From a virus (Duplodnaviria; Heunggongvirae; Uroviricota; Caudoviricetes), in the IMG/VR virus record IMGVR_UViG_3300037466_003757, positions 118,680 through 172,958 of that record: DNA of 54,279 nt; one strand, written 5' to 3'. Under the pieces are notes generated by a model, which did no database searches, was not told the origin of the DNA, and was given only the letters and a program-made list of their open reading frames with translations. Of this stretch, positions 30,942 to 41,173 are shown one piece after another (positions within the stretch are counted from its first letter, which is position 1; each line of letters starts with the position of its first letter). The position numbers and the translations under genes were made by a program.

Positions 30942-31886
30942 TTGGACAACATGACATCGACATCTTATGACGATCTGACATTCTGGTATCCGCGCGAAAT
31001 GCTGACATCCGGACTGGATGCGGCTACACCGTTCGCGTTTCAGCGTCCTCCACAACTGAATCCCAAGAAAATTTTGCATCAGCGCGCGAGTGGACTGTAC
31101 TTCGAAGAATTCACGTGCATCGCACCGTGGAACGTGACTACGAATCCGCAGCAGGTCAATCTGGTTGACGGTATCATCAACGTCAATCGCTATATGGCGG
31201 TGGGTCCGTACGTTTTGCAGTGCGTCGATCAATTCAAGTTGGAATGGAATCTGCTGACATCCGATAAACCGATCGTCCAGAAGTATAAAGAACGTGTCGC
31301 TGAAACCTGCGAGAACATCGTCGAATATGCCACGATGCATATCACGTCGAATATCTACGACGAATGGAAAAAGTACGAAGAATACGACGGAAACAGCGTA
31401 GAAGACGCGTTCGTTTTCTTTTTCACGCAATGGGAGCAGTTCACGAAACGCAAACCGATCGAGCGTGTTATCAACGCGGATGATGGTGACTCGTCGTATA
31501 TTCGTGTCAATGCGTGCGTATCGTCGGATCCCGTTCTCGTCCCACTGACGGATAGTGACATTCAATCTGCCAAAAATGGTTCAGACTTTATCACCGCGAA
31601 TCTCGTCAGTATCGGCGTCGAAATGTGGAACGGTATCGCGGAAATGTGCGAACCACTGTCGCCGATACCCGGCAAATACCGGATACCGAATCTCGCGATG
31701 CACAATACGTCCGAGGTCGTCTCACGTGACGGCGCGATCTGGCACGTTCTGAAGTCGCTCTCTTTTGTCAAGGAGAGCAGTCAATTCAGCGAAGACACTG
31801 ACGACGGTCTCACTTATACGGAGATTCTACCGACCGATATGGACGTCGAAGTCACGATCAAACGAGCGCTCATACAAGCGAGTTAG
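30942..31886 (+). CDS. Hypothetical protein within the MoxR-VWA operon
   Basis: 314-aa ORF tightly spaced between the AAA and VWA genes. Confidence 0.7.
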   Translation: MDNMTSTSYDDLTFWYPREMLTSGLDAATPFAFQRPPQLNPKKILHQRASGLYFEEFTCIAPWNVTTNPQQVNLVDGIINVNRYMAVGPYVLQCVDQFKLEWNLLTSDKPIVQKYKERVAETCENIVEYATMHITSNIYDEWKKYEEYDGNSVEDAFVFFFTQWEQFTKRKPIERVINADDGDSSYIRVNACVSSDPVLVPLTDSDIQSAKNGSDFITANLVSIGVEMWNGIAEMCEPLSPIPGKYRIPNLAMHNTSEVVSRDGAIWHVLKSLSFVKESSQFSEDTDDGLTYTEILPTDMDVEVTIKRALIQAS

Positions 31887-31896
31887 GTGACACCGC

Positions 31897-33963
31897 ATGT
31901 CGATTATGGAGTCCAAACCGGACACACCAGACTCACTGCTCAATCTGTCGAGCGTTCTTACTCGATTCGTATCGACGTACGATTTAACGCCAACGCGTGA
32001 CTCGGTCGTATTCTGCGCGGGATCGGAAACACCGGAATGGGAATCGGATCCCGCCGCGTGGTACAACTTGCATACACACGACATCGTATTGAATATTGGT
32101 AAAGCGTGTCAATCGATCGGAAAACGAAAGATTCTCACGTCGTCCGGTATGATCGCGGACGCTGAATTCGGTTCCAGTATCCCTGACGACGGTAGTATTT
32201 CGGAATCGATTGTCGCGGAGATGTCGCGTCTGATCGAACGACGTAGTCAAGCCAATAGTCGTGATAAGTACCATACGTTTGTTCCGGACGAGTTTTCGAT
32301 CAATACGATACCCGTCATCGACATTCATCATTCGTTGAAAACTGCACTCAACGCGCCAGCACGACGTACGTCAGCAGCAGACGTGATAGCTTGTACTGCA
32401 CTGGCTATGGCGATTCACGAAACCGGTCACGCGGTATTCTCGCGATTCATGGGCGAAACCGACGGCTGGATCAGCGAACTGTCCTGGTACGAACGTCGAA
32501 TTTTGACCGTTTTCGAAGAACTACGGTCCGAACGGCAGCAGTTGAAACGACTCGGATTCGGCGCATCGCTTCTGCGATTCGCTGCGGACGTGATTGTATC
32601 ACCGAAAGAGATCGAAGAAAGTATCAGCAAGTCGCGTGAAGATGGCGAAATCAGTATTCCCAGTTACGCGCTGAACGTCACGCTGTGTCTCGGTCGTATT
32701 CATTACGACGTTTTCCGTGAGGACGAGACACGATCTGTTCGAAATCTCACTAAGCATCTGCTCGGTGAGAATCGACTCAATGAGATGTTCGATATTTACA
32801 AGTCGTATAGTTCGATCCGACTTGCCGATGAAAAATCGATGACCGAATGTGTCAAACGATGGGTGGAACTGTTTCCGGAACCCGAAAATCCGCATAAAAG
32901 TATCGTCATTCTTTCGGTTCCTCCAATTCCAGGTGACAGTTCTGAGAGTTCAGGCGACGGCGAACCATCGGATAGTTCGTCTACTCCATCGCCGGGTGGT
33001 AAGTCGGAAACGATCGATCTTCCCGGTCTTCCGACCGAAATCGGAGAAGCGCTCGATAAAGCCGTCACAGAAGCCGAAGTTGCTCCAGATGCTATAGGTG
33101 GCAGTACTACGCCTGCGCACAAACCGACGCCATCGGATGCGGCGTATAAAAAGGCAGTTCATGCTGATCAACGCAACTCGCTGACGTCGAAACCGACCGC
33201 GGAGGATCGAGTACTCGCACGACGTCTCGGTCACGAACTGCAGAATATCGATTTATCGGATCGTGTCAAGGAACTTCGCCCCAGCGATATGCCTCCGGGA
33301 CGTCTGGACAGTCGCGCCGCAGTACAGCGTCAAGCCGAACTTGCGGAACGACGGATTCCGCAATCACAACCGTTCAAGCGTGTGATACATTCCGCGTCGA
33401 ATCACAGTCGCCTCGTCGTCGGCGTTCTCACCGATACGTCGGGATCTCACGGTTGGGCGGAGACGTTCAACGCACGTATGACGTACATTATCGGAAACGC
33501 GGTACACCAGATCAACGGTCGCTTCGCTGGCGTGACGTACGGTGACCAGGCGATTATCACCGTCGGTCCGACCGAACGTCCGAACGCCATCACGACGATT
33601 CGGGCGAACGGAAGTCAAGAAGAATTCGATCTTGCATGTGGTGCACTCGATCACATGTTGAAACTCACCGTGCCGATGCGGGGAGAGACGCGCATTCTGT
33701 TCGTCATCGGTGATGGACAGATGGTCAAGCAATACGAGATGAAGAAAACAGCGGATTGGGTACAGCGAATGCGAGTATCCGGTTGCGCGATCGTGTGGAT
33801 CACCACGTATACGCCGGACCATTACTATGACGGTATGCCGATGACTCCGAAGGGAGCAACGTCAATGATCATCAATCAGCAAGCCGTCAAACAAAATCCG
33901 ACGTCCGCCATCGCTGAAGTAGCGAATCATGTAAAGAAGGCGATTCGTCACAAGACTCGGTAG
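31897..33963 (+). CDS. CobT-like VWA-domain protein with HExxH motif
   Basis: IHETGH, FEELRSE, GRLDSRAAV, MIDAS DTSGS, LFVIGDG. Confidence 0.85.
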   Translation: MSIMESKPDTPDSLLNLSSVLTRFVSTYDLTPTRDSVVFCAGSETPEWESDPAAWYNLHTHDIVLNIGKACQSIGKRKILTSSGMIADAEFGSSIPDDGSISESIVAEMSRLIERRSQANSRDKYHTFVPDEFSINTIPVIDIHHSLKTALNAPARRTSAADVIACTALAMAIHETGHAVFSRFMGETDGWISELSWYERRILTVFEELRSERQQLKRLGFGASLLRFAADVIVSPKEIEESISKSREDGEISIPSYALNVTLCLGRIHYDVFREDETRSVRNLTKHLLGENRLNEMFDIYKSYSSIRLADEKSMTECVKRWVELFPEPENPHKSIVILSVPPIPGDSSESSGDGEPSDSSSTPSPGGKSETIDLPGLPTEIGEALDKAVTEAEVAPDAIGGSTTPAHKPTPSDAAYKKAVHADQRNSLTSKPTAEDRVLARRLGHELQNIDLSDRVKELRPSDMPPGRLDSRAAVQRQAELAERRIPQSQPFKRVIHSASNHSRLVVGVLTDTSGSHGWAETFNARMTYIIGNAVHQINGRFAGVTYGDQAIITVGPTERPNAITTIRANGSQEEFDLACGALDHMLKLTVPMRGETRILFVIGDGQMVKQYEMKKTADWVQRMRVSGCAIVWITTYTPDHYYDGMPMTPKGATSMIINQQAVKQNPTSAIAEVANHVKKAIRHKTR

Positions 33964-33989
33964 TCGTCCGAGATGGATAAGGAGAGATC

Positions 33990-34421
33990 ATGGCACGTAC
34001 CAAGAAGCAGGAAAATCAGCAGAAGAAAGCTGATCTGGGACTGCGACAGATGTTTTCGCGTCTCACCACCGCGCGTCAGCATGCGGGCGAGTGGAAGGCT
34101 ATCGCTGATGCGACTCGCGACGCTATTGTCGAAGCCGCAGGTGACGTGAAAGACGTGACGTTCATCGCACCGGACGGATCCGAAGTCGGTTCGATCGGCG
34201 AGAGTGAGCCGAGACAGCGTATCGACTACAAGAGCATCTTCGAGGACGCGTACTTTCAGCAGTTGATCTCCGAAGATCCGAAACTCGCTGCGATTGTCGA
34301 ATCGGCTAAGGGAGAGTTTACTACCACTGTCACAGTGCGCTCGAAATGGATCGAACCAGACCCGCAAACGCGTAGCGGTATCCAGGTGATCGACTCGTCG
34401 CCGAAGAAGCTCGGACGATAG
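33990..34421 (+). CDS. Hypothetical protein
   Basis: AAGGAGAG RBS, high-GC3 codons, 143 aa. Confidence 0.7.
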   Translation: MARTKKQENQQKKADLGLRQMFSRLTTARQHAGEWKAIADATRDAIVEAAGDVKDVTFIAPDGSEVGSIGESEPRQRIDYKSIFEDAYFQQLISEDPKLAAIVESAKGEFTTTVTVRSKWIEPDPQTRSGIQVIDSSPKKLGR

Positions 34422-34459
34422 ATTCTATCGACTCCGTCTCATTCGGACGTCTACGCGCG

Positions 34460-34496
34460 ACTCGGCGCCCCAATTTTTCTGGGGCGCCGAGTTTTT
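34460..34496 (+). terminator. Intrinsic terminator at the convergence of the early and structural blocks
   Basis: Perfect 13-bp stem ACTCGGCGCCCCA/TGGGGCGCCGAGT followed by a T-run. Confidence 0.85.
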
Positions 34497-34499
34497 GCG

Positions 34500-35600
34500 T
34501 CAGTTACCGTTGGGCTGACTGAGAACGAACGTGACTTCGCTATAGTTCGAGTTCGGACCTGAGATCAACGTACCTGATCCGCGACGAAGTGTCATATCGA
34601 AGAAGTCGAGTACGTAAGCGTTCGTCACAGCGACTGCACGAGCCGGAGCGATCGTTCCGACAAACGTCGCCGTGTTCGGTTCGACTACAGCGAGATCAGT
34701 GAGCGCGGTGTGCAACGTTCCGGCGATTTCCGCGATCCAGAACGGTCCGTGAGGTTGCGCTTCGAAACCCTGCCATGATGCGTGACCGTCGCCATTGACA
34801 CCGTTCGGGGTCGACAACAGGAATACCGGTTGTTTGTTCGGCAATCCGCCGTTCTGTGCGCTGCTGGTTGTATTCGGCCAGCCGCATGGTGCGTCGAGAC
34901 ACAGTACCGAAGTCGCTCTAGTATCGCTGTACGCAATCTGCATAGCGGTGTAGCCGCCGTACGAGTGACCAGCGAGACCGACGCGTGACGTATCGATGAT
35001 CGCTCCGATATTACCGTTAGCTCCCAGCGATGACAGCTGATTGAGCACGAACGTCATGTCCTGTACTCGAGCGTCCAGACATTTCTGCCATTGATTGTTC
35101 ACCGCGTTGACGTTCTGCGCAGCCACGCCGGACGATGTCTCAGTGGCGATAGACTCCCACGTAACAGACAAGATCAGAGCGACGAATCCCTGCGACGCCA
35201 GCTCCTGCGCAACAGCGGTGTGAAATGAACCACCGACACCGAATCCGGGTGAAAGAATAACGACTGGAAGCTTACCGAGATCGGTACGGGGAGCAGCATT
35301 CGTGATCGCTTGAATCGGAATCGCGTGAATACGTGGATACATCGTGCTACTCTGGCTGAAGTAGTAGTTGAACGTACCGTCGAAACCTTGCGCATTATCC
35401 GCGGCCATTGTTGTATCTTTGCTCGTATTATCCGAGAGATACTTTGCCGACGTGCCGGTAGTCGATGTTGGATAGAACGCATTGACTGTAACGGCGCGTG
35501 TCGCGGATCCCGTCAACGGATCTTTAGCTTGATTGGTGAGAAAGAGATGTTGGACACCAACCGCGTAGGAACCAGTTGGATTGGGAATGTAGTTGGTCAC
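34500..35600 (-). CDS. Alpha/beta-hydrolase (PAF-acetylhydrolase/lipase-like)
   Basis: PTGSYAVG, FYP, LPVVILSPGFG, LASQGFV, GLAGHSYGG, LCLD, GTLHTALTD. Confidence 0.85.
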   Translation of the reverse strand: MTNYIPNPTGSYAVGVQHLFLTNQAKDPLTGSATRAVTVNAFYPTSTTGTSAKYLSDNTSKDTTMAADNAQGFDGTFNYYFSQSSTMYPRIHAIPIQAITNAAPRTDLGKLPVVILSPGFGVGGSFHTAVAQELASQGFVALILSVTWESIATETSSGVAAQNVNAVNNQWQKCLDARVQDMTFVLNQLSSLGANGNIGAIIDTSRVGLAGHSYGGYTAMQIAYSDTRATSVLCLDAPCGWPNTTSSAQNGGLPNKQPVFLLSTPNGVNGDGHASWQGFEAQPHGPFWIAEIAGTLHTALTDLAVVEPNTATFVGTIAPARAVAVTNAYVLDFFDMTLRRGSGTLISGPNSNYSEVTFVLSQPNGN

Positions 35601-35686
35601 AACGGACCTTTCTGAGTTTCTGTGTACGTGGAGTGTCCCGTCTTATCGTATCGTTTCTTGTCAGTTTATTGATACAGTAGCAAGTT

Positions 35687-36385
35687 TTACGGATCGTACA
35701 TCGTGAACGAATCAAGGTTTTTCGAATACACCTGTGCGCCAGCTGGTTTGTTACCTTGTAAAATGAATCCGCCGTACAAATGACTTGAGTCGCGTGGCAC
35801 GATGTTCGTTGAATCTGTCCACGATCCGAGAAGCGATCCGTTGTAGTAGCCGGAATAGACGCCGCTGATTTGTTCGAACGTGACGATGCCACCAGCGTTG
35901 AATGTGGGACTGTTCCACAACGCTCGCTGTGTGAATGTACTACCACTCACGGTATACATGGCCATGCCTTGTGTAGCGTTATAGAACAATAAAGCGGCAC
36001 AAACGCCGCTAGCTGGTGTACCTGTGTTATTGAGAATCAGAATAGATCCATAAGTAGTGGAACCGTCAGATGCCGGATTAGCGACAACGATTTCTACGTG
36101 TTGACGTGTTGGACTCGCGAATGTAAAGGCGTTACAAATGCCCCAACTAACTGGTGAACCGCTCGCTGCAGCGGCACATTGAGCCGCGTTGCTTGCGATA
36201 ACTGGCGGTGTCGCATTGACTGTCCAATTCGAACCGATCGAACCGTTCGCTCTATTGAAATCGTCGGTAAAACCGTATTGATAGAGCAAACCGAGACCAA
36301 GTCCCGATACCTTTTTGATTTGGCCGAGACTCATGCCACTGATCTTCTGGATTTGTCCAAGACTGAGTCCACTGATCTTGGGCAT
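35687..36385 (-). CDS. Minor tail / lectin-like protein
   Basis: FTDDFNRANGSIGSNW beta-rich domain; N-terminal triple K(I/V)SG repeat. Confidence 0.7.
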   Translation of the reverse strand: MPKISGLSLGQIQKISGMSLGQIKKVSGLGLGLLYQYGFTDDFNRANGSIGSNWTVNATPPVIASNAAQCAAAASGSPVSWGICNAFTFASPTRQHVEIVVANPASDGSTTYGSILILNNTGTPASGVCAALLFYNATQGMAMYTVSGSTFTQRALWNSPTFNAGGIVTFEQISGVYSGYYNGSLLGSWTDSTNIVPRDSSHLYGGFILQGNKPAGAQVYSKNLDSFTMYDP

Positions 36386-38346
36386 TATGCACTCCTGAAG
36401 TAAATCGTATTCGGGTCCTCAGAGGCGCCGCTAGACGTCGCCGTATTGTATTGCGCTTCAGTTCCGACCCATAATGTAATGGTAGTGGCTGTTCCGTTCT
36501 TGGAACCCTTGACCGTACCTGTAGCTAATTTCGTAAGAGCGATTGCAGCGGAACCATTGATGTCCGCATCCACGATCGAGCCATCGACAATTTTCGCAGA
36601 TGTGACCGTATTATCTGTCGGTGTTCGGGTATCAGAAAGACGTGAATCGTTTCCCTGGCACGCAGTACCAGCTGTTGTTCCGAAACTAACAGCCAGCGTT
36701 CGATCGCTACTGAGATCGCCACCACCGGTGAGTCCAGTGCCGGACGAAATCAATCGAGATGTTTGTACAGCTCCAGTGATTCGGGAGTCGTTTCCCTGTG
36801 CTGCAGTTCCCGCCGTAGTACCGTACGAAACAGCTAACGAGACGTTGGATGATAACGCGCCGCCGCCTGTCAAACCTGTTCCAGCTGAAACAGTGCGCGT
36901 ATTCGGTACAGCAGACGTAATACGAGAATCGTTGCCTTGTGCTGCGGTTCCCGCCGTGGTGCCGTAAGCTACCGATAACGTTTGATTACTCGATAATGGA
37001 CCACCGCCGGAAAGACCGGTACCGGCGATTACCTGCGTGGTTTGCGCTACATATCGTGCATCGAGTCCAGATAACGGTACGTCAGTAGATTGAACGTACC
37101 AGATCGCCGCTGATGCATTGTATTGAGCAATCAACGCTTGATTTTGTAACGTCAGCGTACCAGTCGTAGAACCACCGGCCACATTGAATACGTCGGAGCC
37201 TCCGAGTGCGAGACTTATCGTATTAGTGGAAGAATCAACTTTCTTGACCGCGACTCGTGTCTTGTCTGCAGGTGCGGTGGGAAACGTGACAGTAAACGTA
37301 CCGCCAGAAGCATTGGCGGCGACGAAGTCGTTAACCGCCATCGTATAGTTAGCCGTTTTAGTCACTACAGTGAATTTATCGGCTTTGTTCGTGAGACCAG
37401 GGACGGTCACCGCGGTCGCGGAACCACCGAGATCTCCGCCGCCGAGTTGAATCGTACCTTGTGTGGATGATGTGGCTTGTGGTGCTGGTGGTCCGACGAT
37501 ATTCTCAGCGATCGAACCCCAGGCACCGGACGTTTTCGGACCGTAGATATCGCCGGTAGCGACGTTCAAATACATGTCGCCGTTGTTGCCAAGTCCTGCA
37601 GCCGGAGCCGTCGTTCCCGTCCGCCATACGGACGATGCTCCGGTCGCTCCTGTCGGACCGATGATCGAGTTATTCAGCGACCACGTCGTACCGTTATATG
37701 TGTAGACATTTCCGTTACCCGATGTGTCGAGATAGAAATCGCCAGACAAAGCACCCGCGACTGTTCCAGGCGCACCAGAACCAGTGAACCATTTACTTCC
37801 ACGTTGGCCGGTATTGCCTTGAACGCCTTGAATACCTTGATCACCTTGATCGCCTTTATCGCCCTTGGGAAGGACAAAACTCAGCGATTGATTCGGGGCA
37901 GTACCACCAACCGTCACAGATGCCGTTGTACCGGATGTTACTGTTCCGATAGACAATGTATTGGCGGGACCGATATCACCGGTGTCGCCTTTGGCACCGG
38001 GTGCGCCAGGTGGACCTGGATCGCCTTTCGGTCCCTGCACTGTCGGTTTTTGCGTCAATGGATCCGCCACAATTTCCGGCAGCGTGAAAAGTTCGTATGT
38101 ACCGGATGGAGGAACGACGAAATCATACGTTCGCCGCCAATTTCCGATACAAATTTGAGCGCGTGCAGGTCCAGGATCGAGCGATGGTGATGTCATTACT
38201 CCGCCGACGAGAACAGCGGTCACCGGTGTCTGTGTAATGACCGCAGTGCCTGTGCTGTTTCGTCGCGGATTGAAGCAGAAAAACTCGACATAACCGGAGT
38301 CTTGGTCACCGGAGATGTCCTGGAAATTCTCTGTGATGACCGTCAT
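36385..38346 (-). CDS. Tail fibre with collagen-like and 47-aa repeats
   Basis: GPKGDPGPPG, GDKGDQG; three GTGL.GGG.LSS...GTTAGTA.QGNDSR repeats. Confidence 0.85.
   Translation of the reverse strand: MTVITENFQDISGDQDSGYVEFFCFNPRRNSTGTAVITQTPVTAVLVGGVMTSPSLDPGPARAQICIGNWRRTYDFVVPPSGTYELFTLPEIVADPLTQKPTVQGPKGDPGPPGAPGAKGDTGDIGPANTLSIGTVTSGTTASVTVGGTAPNQSLSFVLPKGDKGDQGDQGIQGVQGNTGQRGSKWFTGSGAPGTVAGALSGDFYLDTSGNGNVYTYNGTTWSLNNSIIGPTGATGASSVWRTGTTAPAAGLGNNGDMYLNVATGDIYGPKTSGAWGSIAENIVGPPAPQATSSTQGTIQLGGGDLGGSATAVTVPGLTNKADKFTVVTKTANYTMAVNDFVAANASGGTFTVTFPTAPADKTRVAVKKVDSSTNTISLALGGSDVFNVAGGSTTGTLTLQNQALIAQYNASAAIWYVQSTDVPLSGLDARYVAQTTQVIAGTGLSGGGPLSSNQTLSVAYGTTAGTAAQGNDSRITSAVPNTRTVSAGTGLTGGGALSSNVSLAVSYGTTAGTAAQGNDSRITGAVQTSRLISSGTGLTGGGDLSSDRTLAVSFGTTAGTACQGNDSRLSDTRTPTDNTVTSAKIVDGSIVDADINGSAAIALTKLATGTVKGSKNGTATTITLWVGTEAQYNTATSSGASEDPNTIYFRSA
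36622..37044 (-). repeat. Three degenerate 141-nt tandem repeats in the tail fibre
   Basis: GA(A/G)TCGTT(T/G)CC recurs at ~36644, ~36785 and ~36926; boundaries approximate. Confidence 0.75.
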
Positions 38347-38594
38347 GTGCTACTCCAAGGATCGTCGTCATCGTCGCGTTCGCGGATCTCATCGTTCAAC
38401 GCGTCCAATTTCGCCCGAGATCGAGAAACTTGCTCATCGAATTCAGACCGACGAATTGCGACTTCTTGTTCGGCAATTTGTAACATGTGATGGGAAACCA
38501 TGAGCCGTTGAGTGGCCTCAGCGAGCCGCAGCCGCGCCATTTCGGCTGCGGCTTGCGGATCCATGCTGTTATAGTCAATCGGTTTCGACGGCAT
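38343..38594 (-). CDS. Small coiled-coil protein (possible fibre chaperone)
   Basis: 83 aa, overlaps the fibre start. Confidence 0.65.
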   Translation of the reverse strand: MPSKPIDYNSMDPQAAAEMARLRLAEATQRLMVSHHMLQIAEQEVAIRRSEFDEQVSRSRAKLDALNDEIRERDDDDDPWSST

Positions 38595-38606
38595 TCAGAG
38601 CTCCTG

Positions 38607-39632
38607 TCACGTATGTACGGTCCCTGATAACACGAATGCGAGCGTTCCAGCTACACTCGCTCTTCCAGCGATAAAATCACCGGGACCAAGCATGTGACCG
38701 CCGATATAGTCACCGAGACGAACGGTGGTATCGGCTGCGACCGTCATATTGTTGATCACACGGTGCGTCGAATCTAATGCGCCACCAGATTTTGTGATCG
38801 ACAACGAAAATGTCGCGGATACTGCGAATGACGATGTCGTGGGCGGAGAAACGGTCGTTCCCGCTGCTCCAGTGTCTGTGACAGTCGTCGTAGGCGCGGA
38901 TACGGTCGCGATGAGTTTATTCTCACCGCCCGTGGTCGTGCCACGATAGAGTCTATACGAGACAGCTGCGGTGATCGAATTCCACGTGAATACGACCGAA
39001 CCGTTCGCAGTTACTGTCCCAGTGACTTCGTTAGATGCCAGTGTCTCACCGGCGGACGATACCGCGGTGAGAACCCAGTAATACGTACCAGCAGTGAACG
39101 TACCGCCACCCGACGTATTGGTTCCCGGCGGCGTAGCGGATCCACTTGATGTACCGGTATCCAGATACGAGACCGTACTTCCGGACGAAATTGTTGTAAC
39201 GAGTACGTTTTCACCGCTCGCCGACGTACCGCGATAGACTTTGTAGCCAGACGCACCGCCGACGATTCCCCAGTTAAGCTGCTGCGTTCCGTTCGCAACG
39301 ATCGCATGTGTGACTTCGTTCGATACAGTCGTCTCACCGACTGATGTGGTCGCTGTCACGACCCAGTAATACGTTCCCGCGGAAAACGTACCGCCGGACG
39401 ATCCTGTCGTTCCTAGCGTCACTGCGGGCGCAGTGGATTGCGCATTCGTCTGACTCAAAGCCAGTGTCGGCGCTCCTTGCGCGGATGACGAATTGCATAC
39501 GCTCGCTTGAAACAATCGTGCTGACTGGTTTGTCGGTACTGTGTACAAAACGGTATCCGCGAGCGGAAGCTGTTGCGAATACAGAACCTGAGGTGAAACT
39601 GTACTCGCGTGAAGAATATCGTTTCCGGTCAC
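38607..39632 (-). CDS. Minor tail protein with two FN3-like repeats
   Basis: GGTF.AGTYYWV.TA....GET..SNEVT...Y..YRGT..GEN repeated twice. Confidence 0.75.
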   Translation of the reverse strand: MTGNDILHASTVSPQVLYSQQLPLADTVLYTVPTNQSARLFQASVCNSSSAQGAPTLALSQTNAQSTAPAVTLGTTGSSGGTFSAGTYYWVVTATTSVGETTVSNEVTHAIVANGTQQLNWGIVGGASGYKVYRGTSASGENVLVTTISSGSTVSYLDTGTSSGSATPPGTNTSGGGTFTAGTYYWVLTAVSSAGETLASNEVTGTVTANGSVVFTWNSITAAVSYRLYRGTTTGGENKLIATVSAPTTTVTDTGAAGTTVSPPTTSSFAVSATFSLSITKSGGALDSTHRVINNMTVAADTTVRLGDYIGGHMLGPGDFIAGRASVAGTLAFVLSGTVHT

Positions 39633-39635
39633 GTG

Positions 39636-40577
39636 TCATCCTCCCAGAATGAATGCGAGTGCCGCGCCCACAGTCGGTGTCGGAAGCGGCTGCCACGAAC
39701 CGTAACCAGCACTGTCACTTGTCAAAACGTTTCCTGCCGCAATAGTACCGGCCTGGATAAGCACCGATGGAAGCGTTGTAGTTCCCACAAACGTCGGCGA
39801 ATTGATCGGCGCTTTGCCGGCAAGCGCGGGAACCGTAGGAGTCGTAGCGGTTCCACCGAGATCGCCGGTGAGTTGCACTAGACCGGGCACAGAAGACGTC
39901 GCGTTCGGAACGGTCGTTCCAGCTTGCCATGTCGCATTGCCGCTCGAGTCGCTTGTCAGAACGTTGCCCGCAGCTGGCGTACCGCCGGTGACCTTCAACG
40001 CCGGAGTAGTCACGGTTCCAGTAAACGTTGGATTCGCGACTGGCGCTTTAGAAGATAATGCGGGAACAGTCGGATTAGTGGCAGTTCCGCCGAGATCACC
40101 GCTCAACTGTACGAGACCGGGTGCGCTCGTCGTTGCAGGACCAACGCCGGCGACGCCTTCCGCAACGGCTGCGCTTTGCGCTGCTGCGGTCGCTGCAGAT
40201 GCAGCAGCTGTCGCACTGTATTGTGCGACGTCACGCGCGGCTTCAGCTGCTCGTTCTGCTGTCCACGCGGACGATACGACACTTGCCGGATATTGCTTGT
40301 ATTGCTCAAGCAATTGCATTAAATCGATGGGACCGCTGTTCGGTACCATGATGTCGTATGTATCGCGCCAGTTGCCGATCTGCATACGAACACGTGCCGG
40401 TCCGGGATCGAGCGATGGCGTAGTCATACTGCCGTTCACAATCGAGACGGTGACCACCGTTGGAGTGATCACGCTCGCACCGGACGAGCTAATACGAACG
40501 GGATCGGACCAGAATTCGACGGAACCGCTATCTGCGCCGCTTGCGATAGTATCAAAGTTTGCGGTGATAATCGTCAT
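39636..40577 (-). CDS. Minor tail/fibre protein, paralogue of the 38346 fibre N-terminus
   Basis: MTIITANF...PSLDPGPAR...IGNWR.TYD; two PGLVQL.GDLGGTAT.PTVPAL repeats; ATGA overlap at 40574-40577. Confidence 0.8.
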   Translation of the reverse strand: MTIITANFDTIASGADSGSVEFWSDPVRISSSGASVITPTVVTVSIVNGSMTTPSLDPGPARVRMQIGNWRDTYDIMVPNSGPIDLMQLLEQYKQYPASVVSSAWTAERAAEAARDVAQYSATAAASAATAAAQSAAVAEGVAGVGPATTSAPGLVQLSGDLGGTATNPTVPALSSKAPVANPTFTGTVTTPALKVTGGTPAAGNVLTSDSSGNATWQAGTTVPNATSSVPGLVQLTGDLGGTATTPTVPALAGKAPINSPTFVGTTTLPSVLIQAGTIAAGNVLTSDSAGYGSWQPLPTPTVGAALAFILGG

Positions 40578-41173
40578 CTCGGCGACTCCTTTCCGTCCGT
40601 TTCCCATGTCTTATTATCGTCGGGCATTTGTTTCATTGCGTTCTCCCGTGCCATCGCTTCAGCGAGCTTTCTTTCGAGGTCACGGATTTGTCTACGTTGA
40701 TCTTCTTGTCCACGATAAAGAACGTAAGTAATATGAACTTCGGTGAGAATAAATACCGCATAAACGACAAATTTAATAATGAATTCGCCAGGAACCGGTG
40801 AGATCATATGAATGATCGATAACGAAGCTGACACTAGTATAACGCCAGTGAACGCGACCGTCAGATACATCAACGCGCGACCTTGCGGTGTCGCTTTCCA
40901 ATTCGAGCGTGTACCGTAGAGCGTTACGAAAATCGCCGATAATATCGACATCGTCAATACGAGAAGCGTATCGCCGCTTTTGATATCATCCCAGAAAAGT
41001 CCGAGCACTGCACCGAGATAGCACATCGTAAAGACATATGCAGTTGGAAGGGCATGCTTTTCTCTGCATCGAAAAATACGCCTTTTTCGTGACTTAGCAG
41101 CCATCTCACATCCGAGATGGCGTCGATCGCCCTTCTCGCGATTGTGCTTGTCTCTTGCTTCTGTGCCCCTCAC
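40574..41173 (-). CDS. Multi-pass membrane protein (lysis-cassette associated)
   Basis: About four hydrophobic segments and a C-terminal coiled coil; start GTG 41173 or ATG 41104. Confidence 0.65.
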   Translation of the reverse strand: MRGTEARDKHNREKGDRRHLGCEMAAKSRKRRIFRCREKHALPTAYVFTMCYLGAVLGLFWDDIKSGDTLLVLTMSILSAIFVTLYGTRSNWKATPQGRALMYLTVAFTGVILVSASLSIIHMISPVPGEFIIKFVVYAVFILTEVHITYVLYRGQEDQRRQIRDLERKLAEAMARENAMKQMPDDNKTWETDGKESPR

